NCBI GenBank assembly: GCA_039928555.1
Contig: JBDSSX010000248.1
Span: 1 to 43,673, forward strand
Direction: 5' to 3'
Length of the DNA: 43,673 nt
Source: Nitrosospira sp.
GTDB taxonomy: Bacteria; Pseudomonadota; Gammaproteobacteria; Burkholderiales; Nitrosomonadaceae
The first letter of the stretch is position 1, and every line of letters begins with the position of its first letter. This document shows positions 7,028 through 16,376 of this stretch, piece by piece. The notes beneath the pieces are model-generated. The model was not told the DNA's origin and searched no databases. It saw nothing but the letters and a program-made list of their open reading frames with translations. The position numbers and the translations under genes are program-made.

Positions 7028-8962
7028 TCAGGCCACCTTGAGATCGTTCTTGCGCGAACCGGAGTGCTCCACACCCAGCACGTTGCGCAGAAACGACTCG
7101 AACATAAGCAGCGTCCACAGCGAAGCGCTATAGTCGCGCCTTCCTGACTGATGCTGGTCAAGCAACTCTTTTAAAAATGCTCTATTGAAGATTCCCGTAT
7201 CAGCCAGAATGGGGCCCATTAAAGCGTCGTTTACCCTTTGGCGTAGCGGGCCGCGAAACCAGCTTGCCAACGGTACCGCAAATCCCATTTTGTCACGATA
7301 AAGAATATCATCGGGAAGGTAGGGTTCCAAAGCCTTCTTGAACACATATTTGCCCTCATGACCGTGCAGCTTGAAAGAGACCGGGAGGCCGGATATCCAC
7401 TCGACCAGTTTATGATCCAGCAACGGCACACGCACCTCCAGGGCATGGGCCATACTGGCCCGATCCACTTTGGTAAGGATATCGCCAACGAGGTAGGTTT
7501 TCATGTCCAGGTATTGCACGCGGGATAGCGGGTCTTGTGTGGGGCATTTATCAGTATGGGCGCGTAGAACTTCCACCGCCTGGTATCCCTGCAGACTGCG
7601 ATTGAAGGAAGCACTGAACAGACGTTGGCGCATATTGTCCTTCATGATGGAAATAATATGAAAATAGCCATCCACGGGATCACGCGCCAGCGCCTCGAAA
7701 GTGGTTTTTGCACGCAAAGCCCTTGGCGCCCAGTCAGCCTTTGGATATAGATTTCCCAGCAGGCCGAACAAGGGCTTGCGAAGTCCAAGCGGAAACATGG
7801 ATCGCATCCGTTCCTCATTGAGGTGCCAGCGATAGCGGCCATATCCGGCAAAGTTTTCGTCACCGCCGTCTCCCGATAATGCGACCGTTACGCGTTTTCT
7901 GGCTAGCTCGCAAACCCGGTAGGTAGGCATGGCGGAACTGTCGGCAAAGGGTTCATCGTACAGGGAGGCCAGCTTGTCTATGAGGTCGAAATCGTCCTGA
8001 TCCACCTGTTCCACATTATGCTGGGTGCGATAACGATCGGCCACTTTTTGCGCATATTGGGATTCGTTGAAGGCGGGGTCACCAAAAGAAATGGAACATG
8101 TATTGACCGGTTCTCCCATGAGATTGGCCATCATCGCCACCACCGCGCTGGAGTCGACTCCACCAGACAGGAAAGCACCCAGCGGCACCTCGGTCATAAG
8201 GTGGATCTTTACCGATTCGCGCAACCGGACAATCAGCTCTTCCTGCGCTTCTTGCATGCTCATGGAATCGTGTGGCGTAAACGGCACGTCCCAATACTGG
8301 TGCAGCCGCGGCATACTTTGTCCGCTGTGAAGTTTCAAGGTGTGAGCCGGAGAAAGTTTGAATGCCTGTCGAAATATCGTCTTCGGCTCAGGGACATAGC
8401 CATAAGCAAAGTAATCTTCGATGGCATGAGGATCCATATCCCGGTTAAAATCTGGATGAACGAGCAGCGCCTTGAGTTCGGAAGCAAAAATGAACGTGCC
8501 GTCTTCCAGCAAGCTATAGTAAAGGGGTTTTATTCCGAGCCGGTCGCGGGCGAGAAACAAGATTTCCTGGTTGCGATCCCATAAGCCGAAAGCAAACATG
8601 CCCCGGAATCGATCCACGCAATGCTCACCCCATTCTTCCCAGGCATGGACAATGACTTCGGTATCGCAATGGGTGCGAAAGGTGTGACCCAGGGCGGCAA
8701 GCTCTTTGGCGAGTTCCTGAAAGTTGTAGATTTCTCCGTTAAAAACCACGACCACACTGCCGTCTTCGTTGAAAAGTGGTTGCTGTCCACTGGAAACATC
8801 CATAATCGAAAGACGGCGATGACCGAAGCCCATACCGGGTTCCGTATAGAGCTCTCCTTCATCGGGTCCGCGGTGAATCTGGATCTGATTCATGCGCTCG
8901 AGCACTCGCCGGTCGATTTCACTTTTGCCCCGCGTGTCAAACAGACCAACAATTCCACACAT
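7028..8962 (-). CDS. XrtA/PEP-CTERM system amidotransferase (AsnB-like, TIGR03108-type)
   Basis: MCGI Ntn start, HRGPD, GHRRLSI, LSGGVDSS, DKMGF. Located in the exosortase A EPS cluster. Confidence 0.92.
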   Translation of the reverse strand: MCGIVGLFDTRGKSEIDRRVLERMNQIQIHRGPDEGELYTEPGMGFGHRRLSIMDVSSGQQPLFNEDGSVVVVFNGEIYNFQELAKELAALGHTFRTHCDTEVIVHAWEEWGEHCVDRFRGMFAFGLWDRNQEILFLARDRLGIKPLYYSLLEDGTFIFASELKALLVHPDFNRDMDPHAIEDYFAYGYVPEPKTIFRQAFKLSPAHTLKLHSGQSMPRLHQYWDVPFTPHDSMSMQEAQEELIVRLRESVKIHLMTEVPLGAFLSGGVDSSAVVAMMANLMGEPVNTCSISFGDPAFNESQYAQKVADRYRTQHNVEQVDQDDFDLIDKLASLYDEPFADSSAMPTYRVCELARKRVTVALSGDGGDENFAGYGRYRWHLNEERMRSMFPLGLRKPLFGLLGNLYPKADWAPRALRAKTTFEALARDPVDGYFHIISIMKDNMRQRLFSASFNRSLQGYQAVEVLRAHTDKCPTQDPLSRVQYLDMKTYLVGDILTKVDRASMAHALEVRVPLLDHKLVEWISGLPVSFKLHGHEGKYVFKKALEPYLPDDILYRDKMGFAVPLASWFRGPLRQRVNDALMGPILADTGIFNRAFLKELLDQHQSGRRDYSASLWTLLMFESFLRNVLGVEHSGSRKNDLKVA

Positions 8963-8987
8963 GTTGATTTCCCTTTATTCCGTCCGT

Positions 8988-9230
8988 TATCCTAAATCCG
9001 GTAGTTGGACGGGGCGGAGTGTATGGTTTTTGGGGTGCATGGCAAGGCGCAACGACGCGGAATGGCCGTTCCATTCCAAGAAGTTGCAACGCAGCCATGT
9101 GCCGCAAAAACTGTGCAATCCGCCCCGTAGCGGACTCACCGAAAAGGTGAGAATCAAATAGTACAAAAATTCTTTACGAATCATAATTCCAGACTGACAA
9201 ATAAGCGGTCAACCGCCGGATTTAGGGTTA
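8988..9230 (+). mobile_element. ERIC-like MITE, copy 1 (long form with ~125-bp palindromic module)
   Basis: Terminal inverted repeats TATCCTAAATCCGG and CCGGATTTAGGGTTA. Internal long hairpin ACGGGGCGGA (9009-9018) ... TCCGCCCCGT (9119-9128). Homologous to 22308-22482 and 43078-43194. Confidence 0.8.
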
Positions 9231-10427
9231 TAGGTGAAGGGCCTTGTCATAGACCTGAAGATAACCTTGGGTCATGGCCTCCATGCTGAAACTTGCCTCA
9301 ATCTGGCGTCGCGCTGCTTTGCCGTGCTGGACGATCAGATCCGGGTTTCTATAATATTTCAGCATGGCCTCCGTTAACGCTGCCGGCGCTCCCGGCGGAA
9401 CCAGCATTCCCGTGAGTCCCTCTTTGACAAGTTCCACGTTTCCTCCGACGCTGGTTGCTATGACCGGCAAACCGGTGGACATGGCTTCTAGAATAGTATT
9501 GGAGATACCTTCGCCGAGCGACGGAAGCACGAATAGATCCATGGTGCGCATTAGTTCCGGGATATCGGCACGTTCGCCTGGAAACCATGCCAGATCCTCC
9601 GCGCCGGCTGCACGTAAAATGTCGATGCATTCCCGCCGTGCAGTTCCCTCGCCAACGACAAGAATTCGGAATTGGTCTCGGGCGGCGGGTTCTTCTTTCA
9701 GCAGCATAAGAAAAGCCTGAATCAGGCTGGGATAATTTTTTATATCCACCATTCTTCCAACGCTACCAATGACAAATGTATTGTCACTAAAGAACCCTTG
9801 GGGACCCGCACTGAAGCCTTTGTCCTTGCCGTTGCGTGGATGAAACCGCAGACTGTCAACACCGTTGTAGATCTGGTTAATGCGACCTGGCGTTGCTCCC
9901 ACGGTATCGACAAGCCAGCTCTCGAGATCTCGGCTGACGGCTATGAAATGATCAACGAAAGGGCGAATTGCTTTGCGCAGCAGGTTATATTTGCGGTTTC
10001 TCCCATGCAGATCGAAGATGTCGCGGCCGTGTTCTCCATGGACTCGTGCGCGCACCCCAGCCACTGCGGCAATTATTTGCCCCTCCATAGCACTGAGGTT
10101 ACGGGTGTGTATGATATCCGGTTTCAGACGCCTGAGCGTCTTGAAAAGATTGAGATAAAGACTGAAGTCATTCCCCTCGCGCTTGTTTAAGGCCACGATC
10201 TCCACATTCTCTCTGACAATCCGCTGACGAAAATCCGTATAACCCTTGAGACACACAATCGCGTGCCGGTAACGCTCGGGCGGAATATGATTGATCAGGT
10301 TTACAAGACCATTCTCCAAGCCGCCGACACCCAGATGATGGATTACATGGACAATGAGTGGAGGCTGCGTAGTAGCGCTTCTTGCTGAGCCTGCCAGATC
10401 TTGCTGGCTGCTAGCGCTCCCATGCAT
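9228..10427 (-). CDS. GT4 glycosyltransferase, PEP-CTERM/XrtA system (TIGR03088-type)
   Basis: GGLENGLVNLIN, HGEHGRD and EGISNTILEAM GT4 motif. Confidence 0.92.
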   Translation of the reverse strand: MHGSASSQQDLAGSARSATTQPPLIVHVIHHLGVGGLENGLVNLINHIPPERYRHAIVCLKGYTDFRQRIVRENVEIVALNKREGNDFSLYLNLFKTLRRLKPDIIHTRNLSAMEGQIIAAVAGVRARVHGEHGRDIFDLHGRNRKYNLLRKAIRPFVDHFIAVSRDLESWLVDTVGATPGRINQIYNGVDSLRFHPRNGKDKGFSAGPQGFFSDNTFVIGSVGRMVDIKNYPSLIQAFLMLLKEEPAARDQFRILVVGEGTARRECIDILRAAGAEDLAWFPGERADIPELMRTMDLFVLPSLGEGISNTILEAMSTGLPVIATSVGGNVELVKEGLTGMLVPPGAPAALTEAMLKYYRNPDLIVQHGKAARRQIEASFSMEAMTQGYLQVYDKALHL

Positions 10428-11997
10428 TCTGGAGCCCCTTGGTGATCGTTGGCATCATGTCGTCAACAAAAGCCTGAAGCACTGGAGCAGCTTCATTCGG
10501 TGTCTCCTCGTAACGTGCCGCCATAATGATTTCCGCTCCGTCATCACCTCTTCCCAGGAGCTTATTCCGCGCCAGAATAAATTTAGCCATATAGGGATTA
10601 GCGGTCTTCTCCGCACCAAGCCAATACCACCTCCATACAAGCAATTTAGTGGCAGACGAGTGCAGCTGATTCTGTTTGATGGTCTCTTCCTGAGAGCCAA
10701 GAAGTATGCTGCGTGTATCTTCCCTGATGCTGCGCCAATGGGATTCCGTTTCCGGCACCAGCAGATTCTCGGAGTTGATCAGCTCTGTTCCTTGCTGCTG
10801 GTTACGGTAGTAAGTAACGTAAAGATCTACCGACCCGCTGTTGCTCCGGTAATTTTGCAGGAACTGGGCGGCGGCACCGATGTATTTGGGTCTCCAGTCA
10901 GAGATCGGCCTCGTGGCGGCTTCCCATTTTTCTGGTACGCCGGGAATTTCAATTTCAGGTTCCGTGCTGCGGGAAAATCTGTTTTCCAGATAGGCGGCGG
11001 ACACTGGCCAGATAAAAGCAATGGCAAGGACTGCGCTGGCGGCGAGAACCATGGTCTTCAGTGACCCTTTGCCGCCCTGATTGAGACTGGGCCCAGGATG
11101 GAAGCCAGCCACGGTATTGTTATCTTCACTGTCATCCTCGCGCCAGAACGAACCGATCCAGAATAACAACAGCATCACAAAGCCAAAGAATATCCAGCCG
11201 TAGATCAGGTGATCCACCCCCACAGCCAGACGCATGTCGCTCAAATGGCCGGTCATTACAATCATGTAGGCTCGAACACCATTGGCGACGATGGGCACAA
11301 TCACCGAAAGTGCAACGAATGCGAGGCGGCGTTTCAGGCTACGATATGTCAGATAGGCATAAAGCGTACCCAACGTGAAGGACGCAATCAGGTAGCGCAA
11401 ACCACTGCAGGCTTCCACCACGGACCAATTCCCGCTCGGAATAGAAAAAAAACTGCCTTCACGATAAACCGGTACGCCAGTAAACTGTAGCGCCTGTACC
11501 GTAAAGTCGGCGGTAAAGTCTATCAGGGGAGGAATAAGCGCATCACCGAAGGGCACGGCAAGCAAGAGATAGGCCAATGGAAAAGCCAGCGCCCAAACCA
11601 CCCGGGTTCCCAGAATTGCCCAAACCGCGGCGGGGATCATAATTATCAAAAAATATTGCTCAACTAGCTGAACGCTGGCCAGCGTTGCCAGCAGCCAGCT
11701 AAAACCCAATACCCCGAGCGCCGCCAGAGCCAGAAAATTAGGCTGAGGGTAAAGCGTGCTGAGATGCTTGCGTTGCGACCAAATCAGGTAAGCACTAAAG
11801 GGAAAAATGAGAAAGCCATGAGCAAATGTGTCGGATCGCTCCCAGATGGAAACCATGGACCAAGTGGTTTCATGATAGCCAGCCAGGATTGCCGCTATGG
11901 TGGCAAGCGTGAGGAAGGCCGCCCCCTTCAAACTTTGCTGATCCAGCGTTGCGGCGGCGGGATCATGCGCAATTTCTTGCGGTGTTTGCGCACTCAT
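10411..11997 (-). CDS. xrtA: Exosortase A with C-terminal EpsI domain
   Basis: Multi-TM N-terminal half with catalytic VVEACSGLRY, ANGVR and VDHLIYGW. C-terminal periplasmic EpsI-like region (QQQGTELINSEN, WRWYW). Confidence 0.93.
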   Translation of the reverse strand: MSAQTPQEIAHDPAAATLDQQSLKGAAFLTLATIAAILAGYHETTWSMVSIWERSDTFAHGFLIFPFSAYLIWSQRKHLSTLYPQPNFLALAALGVLGFSWLLATLASVQLVEQYFLIIMIPAAVWAILGTRVVWALAFPLAYLLLAVPFGDALIPPLIDFTADFTVQALQFTGVPVYREGSFFSIPSGNWSVVEACSGLRYLIASFTLGTLYAYLTYRSLKRRLAFVALSVIVPIVANGVRAYMIVMTGHLSDMRLAVGVDHLIYGWIFFGFVMLLLFWIGSFWREDDSEDNNTVAGFHPGPSLNQGGKGSLKTMVLAASAVLAIAFIWPVSAAYLENRFSRSTEPEIEIPGVPEKWEAATRPISDWRPKYIGAAAQFLQNYRSNSGSVDLYVTYYRNQQQGTELINSENLLVPETESHWRSIREDTRSILLGSQEETIKQNQLHSSATKLLVWRWYWLGAEKTANPYMAKFILARNKLLGRGDDGAEIIMAARYEETPNEAAPVLQAFVDDMMPTITKGLQNAWER

Positions 11998-13262
11998 GCT
12001 GCATCTCCCGCAGATTTAAAGCGGTTTTGCAAGGCATGCGCGCGGTCTTCATCGGTAGAAATTGCTTGCGGCTGCGAGAGAAGCGTATCGATTCGTCCCA
12101 GACCTTTTTTCCAGCTATAGTCCTCGAGAACACGAACCCTGGCGGCACGACCCATGGTCTGATGCGATTTACTCTGGAGCAGCGCAACGATCTGATGGAC
12201 AAAATCGCCTTCGCTGTCAGCGACCAATAGTTCCTGGCCGGGAAGCGCGCATAGTCCTTCCAACGCTTGTGGAGAGACGATCACGATTTTTTCCATGGCC
12301 ATCGCTTCCAACACCTTATTCTGTATGCCGCGAGCAATGCGTAGCGGCGCCACCGCCAAAGATGCGTGGGCAAGGTAGGGCCGTATGTCCGGCACTGATC
12401 CGGTTACCGTGATACCGGGATGAGCAGCCAGAGCCCTTACTCCTGCTGTCGGCCGTGCGCCGACTATATGAAATTCAACGTCGGGCAAGCGTGCGCGGAT
12501 TACGGAAAAGATGCTACGCGCAAACCAGTCCACGGCATCGACGTTGGCCCAATAATCCATAGCGCCAACAAAAACCAGAGTATTTGTACCGGCCGGATAG
12601 GGGTTCGGGTAAATATTCAGCGGAGAGAAATAATCCGCATCGACGCCGTTGTTGAAGTAAGTGACCTTTGTTGCAACCTCCGGCGCCAGCCGTTTAAATA
12701 AACCGGCCTCTGTCTCGGAAACGAACGTTGCACCGTCAAAGTCTCTGGCAATCTTCCTTTCGTAGCCGAGCAGCAATCTCGATTCGCGCCGATAGATCCA
12801 ACTCATCGGCCAGGTTTTGGTGGTTGAATATTGCATCCATTTGTCTGAGTCGATATCTACAAAATCGATTATCCGGCGAGTAGATCCAGCATGGCTGACA
12901 TACTGCGCCATGGCCGAGGAGAAAACCAGAATGTTTCTGATAGATTTTGTTTCGAGCACACCGCTTACCCACGCTTGCAGACTCCTGTCCCGGTAATAGG
13001 GCAAGGTAAGGGGTTGTCCGGAAAGTAGGCCGCGAAGGCTGCGTAGGCGGGCAGCCTTCGGATAAAGGTCGACGAAACATGTCTCGCCACAGAGGCTTCT
13101 GACCTTGCCGAGGTAGCTCCGATCTTTTTCGTCATCGATAAAAGTGCCGAGATGGACGCGATAGTGTTGACTCAGATGCTTGAGCAAGTGATAGGACCGG
13201 ATCTTGTCCCCTTTGTCCGGCGGATAAGGAATTCGATGGACGAGATAAAGAAGGTCCTGCAT
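11994..13262 (-). CDS. GT4 sugar transferase, PEP-CTERM/XrtA system (TIGR03087-type)
   Basis: HRIPYPPDKGDKIRS, DFVDIDSDKW, ARGIQNKVLEAMA. Confidence 0.92.
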   Translation of the reverse strand: MQDLLYLVHRIPYPPDKGDKIRSYHLLKHLSQHYRVHLGTFIDDEKDRSYLGKVRSLCGETCFVDLYPKAARLRSLRGLLSGQPLTLPYYRDRSLQAWVSGVLETKSIRNILVFSSAMAQYVSHAGSTRRIIDFVDIDSDKWMQYSTTKTWPMSWIYRRESRLLLGYERKIARDFDGATFVSETEAGLFKRLAPEVATKVTYFNNGVDADYFSPLNIYPNPYPAGTNTLVFVGAMDYWANVDAVDWFARSIFSVIRARLPDVEFHIVGARPTAGVRALAAHPGITVTGSVPDIRPYLAHASLAVAPLRIARGIQNKVLEAMAMEKIVIVSPQALEGLCALPGQELLVADSEGDFVHQIVALLQSKSHQTMGRAARVRVLEDYSWKKGLGRIDTLLSQPQAISTDEDRAHALQNRFKSAGDAA

Positions 13263-13265
13263 GAT

Positions 13266-14351
13266 TTAGCCCAGATTCCTTACTATGTAAGGACCGATAA
13301 AATTGGCAAGCGGCAGCGGTAGTTTTTGCCAGGCCTTGATGAAAATCTGATACTTGGGATTAAGAGGATTATGATCAGGCACCGCTTCCGTACGTTGTAA
13401 CTGATACTCGTAATGAAGCGGTTGCGGCTCGAACCCCCAGTTCTTCTTGAAATCGAAAGAGCCGGTATTGCGCTTGCTACGTCCGAAGTCAAAGGTTTTA
13501 ATCCCCCTTTCACAAGCACGCCGCATCAGTTCCCAGTACATGAAATCGTTTCCCGCCACCTCTCTTGCTTCGCTGGTGCCGCCCCCGTAATAAGGCAATA
13601 CCTCGTCGCGGAAATAAAAACTCATCACACCGCTAACGGTACGCCCGCCTTTTAGAACGACCATAAGTTCGCAATCTTTAGCGAAAGTTTCCTTGAGAAG
13701 CCGGAAGTATCTTCTGGAAAAGACCGGAGTACCCAAACGGTGTACGCTTGCTGAATAGGCCGAGAAAAAACGCTCGGTGTCTTCATCTATCGTACTTTCC
13801 AGCCCGGCCTTGATACCCTTGCGCACCATCGCGCGCTGCTTGCGCGGGATGGCCTGCATGTTCTGTTCTACCTCCGGGTCCATGTCCTTGCGAAACGTCA
13901 CATAGAGATCCTTGGTTGGCCAATCCGGATGCAGCACTCTCAGATTTCGGTATTCCAGATAGTCAACTTTCAGCCGCGAAGCGAGCGCCTGCGCAGCGCG
14001 GTCAAGCGCCTCCCGTCCAGCCTCCGAGATTGCGGCGATGCCACCGTAAACACAAAACGGGAGAGAACTCAGGCAGTGGCCAAAAAGGCGGCTGTTGATT
14101 TCCGCCAAGGGGAGTACTGCCTGAATTTCACCACCTGATTCGGCATAAAGAAACCAGGTTTTATGACCCAGAGCACGTTCGATAACCGTTTGCCAACCAG
14201 CGCGATGAAAAAAGGTGGCCTCCGGACATGAGGATACAAATTCATCCCATCTTCCCGCATCCTGTGGCTGGAGAGTGTGGACAGAGGGCGTATCAGCCTG
14301 AAGAGAGGAAGTTTCATGATCCTCCTGGAATGCGTCAATAATGCTGCTCAT
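13266..14351 (-). CDS. FemAB-related protein, PEP-CTERM system (TIGR03019-type)
   Basis: ATFFHRAGW, SLPFCVYGG, RKQRAMVRKG, FDFGRSK, FKKNWGF. Start moved to ATG 14351 to avoid overlap with the upstream gene. Confidence 0.9.
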   Translation of the reverse strand: MSSIIDAFQEDHETSSLQADTPSVHTLQPQDAGRWDEFVSSCPEATFFHRAGWQTVIERALGHKTWFLYAESGGEIQAVLPLAEINSRLFGHCLSSLPFCVYGGIAAISEAGREALDRAAQALASRLKVDYLEYRNLRVLHPDWPTKDLYVTFRKDMDPEVEQNMQAIPRKQRAMVRKGIKAGLESTIDEDTERFFSAYSASVHRLGTPVFSRRYFRLLKETFAKDCELMVVLKGGRTVSGVMSFYFRDEVLPYYGGGTSEAREVAGNDFMYWELMRRACERGIKTFDFGRSKRNTGSFDFKKNWGFEPQPLHYEYQLQRTEAVPDHNPLNPKYQIFIKAWQKLPLPLANFIGPYIVRNLG

Positions 14352-14356
14352 GCATC

Positions 14357-15199
14357 TTATTCCAGAAAAATCCGATCCATGCGATCCCACCGGAAGTCAC
14401 GAGTCAAAGCCTTGATCCGATCTTCCATACGATGCAGATTGTAATAGTGGCGGAAGCGTGTTTTCATGCTGATGCCCTGCTGACGCGGCTGCTTATGATC
14501 TATTTCCCAGGGATGGAAATAAAAGATTGCGGAGCGGTGTTCGAGATGATTCAATCTTTGCAGGAACCACCGCGAAACCGGGTAGGGCCAAAGCCGGAAA
14601 TAGCCTCCGCCGCCGGCGGGAAAATTTCGCTTGAACAAACGCATGGTAGTAATGGGCAATTCCAGCAACCCATGATGTGTGCGTGGATGATGGGCAAAGC
14701 GGGGAGCCTCCGGCATGCCATAATGATCATGCTGAATGGGATAAATGCTGGAACTGTAGCGGTAACCGGCTTCTTCAAGTATATCCAGCGCCCATAGATT
14801 ATGGCGGCCGATGGAAAAACTCGGTGCGCGGTAACCCAGTACCGGCTGACCGCCAATGTCTTCAAGAATGGCTTTGCTTCGAATGACATCATCACGGAAT
14901 TCATGAGGTTCCTGATCAGAGACCCGATGATGAGCCCATCCGTGACTGGCAAGTTCATGACCGCTTGCGACAATGCGCTTAACCATATCAGGGTGACGAT
15001 CGGCGATCCATCCCAAGGTGAAAAAAGTGGCTTTTACACCTTCCTCATCCAGCAAAGAGAGAATACGGTCGATATTGGACTCCACGCGGCAAAATATGGA
15101 CGTCCACGATTCCCTCGAAATATGTGGAGCAAACGCCGAAACCTGAAAATAGTCTTCCACGTCGACGGTCATCGCATTGCGTATCGGTATTGTGTTCAT
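14357..15199 (-). CDS. XrtA system polysaccharide deacetylase (TIGR03006-type)
   Basis: NAMTVDVEDYFQVSAF, HELASHG, GYRAPSFSI, YFHPWEID. Start placed at ATG 15199. Confidence 0.9.
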   Translation of the reverse strand: MNTIPIRNAMTVDVEDYFQVSAFAPHISRESWTSIFCRVESNIDRILSLLDEEGVKATFFTLGWIADRHPDMVKRIVASGHELASHGWAHHRVSDQEPHEFRDDVIRSKAILEDIGGQPVLGYRAPSFSIGRHNLWALDILEEAGYRYSSSIYPIQHDHYGMPEAPRFAHHPRTHHGLLELPITTMRLFKRNFPAGGGGYFRLWPYPVSRWFLQRLNHLEHRSAIFYFHPWEIDHKQPRQQGISMKTRFRHYYNLHRMEDRIKALTRDFRWDRMDRIFLE

Positions 15200-15349
15200 T
15201 TGACTACCCTTGCGTAGTGCCGCGAACAATCGGTTCCGCACTTCGCTACGTAAGCCGTTTCCCATCTGTTCGTAAATCGCCTCCGCGATCTTTGCCGCTG
15301 ACTGGACATGGCAGTTATCCCGAGTTGGTGTCTAACGTAAAAATACGCA

Positions 15350-16363
15350 TCAGCCCTTATTTTTTCGAATATTCTTATTGACGTTAGCCAAGGACAGGAC
15401 CTGCTTGAGCAGTTCCACCAACGAAACGACGGATTCCTCCAGCTTGACAACCCGGTCATCCATATTCTCCAGACTGGCGAGCGCCTCTGCTCTCTTCAGC
15501 GCGGATCCAATATCGGCTTCAACCTGGACATCGTCTGTCGCGTCCGGCATATCAAACTCCTGCTGGATATCGCGAATGACCTCATCGACTTCCGAACCGC
15601 CGAAACTGTGTAATTGCTCCAGACAGCCCATCAGCAAAAGGCGATCACACAATGTATTGATCTTGCGAGGAATGCCGCCGGTATGATTGTAAATAGCGGC
15701 AAAGGCGTCCTCATCAAACGACGGGTCTCCGCACCAACCCGCGGTACTTAGCCTATGTTCGATATAGGATCGTGTTTCTGACAAATCCATGGGCCCAAGG
15801 TGATAGGTGGCGGTCACTCTTTGCCGCAACTGTTGCATATCTCCGCTAAGCAAAGTTTTCCTGAACTCCGGTTGGCCTAGCAGAAATGTTTGCAGCAGGG
15901 GCCTGTCGTCCGTCTGGAAATTGGAAAGCATTCTCAACTCTTCCACGGTGCGGGGGGAAAGATTCTGCGCCTCGTCCACCACCAGAAGCGCGCGCTTTCC
16001 CTGCTGATCACATTGACGAAAGAATTGCTCGAGCCCGATTAACAGGGAAGCCTTACCGGCGTTTTCGTAGGGTAACCCAAAAGCGGCGGCTACCATCCTT
16101 AGTGTATCGTCCGAGTCCAGATGAGTATTGACTATTTGCGCGGCAAGGATTTTCTCGGATTCCAACGTACGGAAAAGATTGCGTACCAATGTAGTCTTGC
16201 CTGCGCCCACTTCCCCGGTAATGACGATGAAACCCTCACCCTGCGAGAGTCCATATTCAAGATAAGCCATGGCCCGTTTATGGCCCTTGCTCCCAAAGAA
16301 AAAAGTCGGGTCGGGTCTCAGTTGAAACGGCTTGACCCTGAAACCGTAGAATGATCCGTACAT
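15350..16363 (-). CDS. XrtA/PEP-CTERM-associated ExeA-like AAA ATPase (TIGR03015-type)
   Basis: Walker A GEVGAGKTT, Walker B LLVVDEAQNL, LGQPEF, GGIPRKIN. Confidence 0.92.
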   Translation of the reverse strand: MYGSFYGFRVKPFQLRPDPTFFFGSKGHKRAMAYLEYGLSQGEGFIVITGEVGAGKTTLVRNLFRTLESEKILAAQIVNTHLDSDDTLRMVAAAFGLPYENAGKASLLIGLEQFFRQCDQQGKRALLVVDEAQNLSPRTVEELRMLSNFQTDDRPLLQTFLLGQPEFRKTLLSGDMQQLRQRVTATYHLGPMDLSETRSYIEHRLSTAGWCGDPSFDEDAFAAIYNHTGGIPRKINTLCDRLLLMGCLEQLHSFGGSEVDEVIRDIQQEFDMPDATDDVQVEADIGSALKRAEALASLENMDDRVVKLEESVVSLVELLKQVLSLANVNKNIRKNKG

Positions 16364-16376
16364 TCGTCTCTTTCCT

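Noticed and set aside
8892-9184. ORFs of 89 aa and 65 aa across the EPS spacer
   Set aside because: They lie on MITE copy 1 and have no protein-like features.
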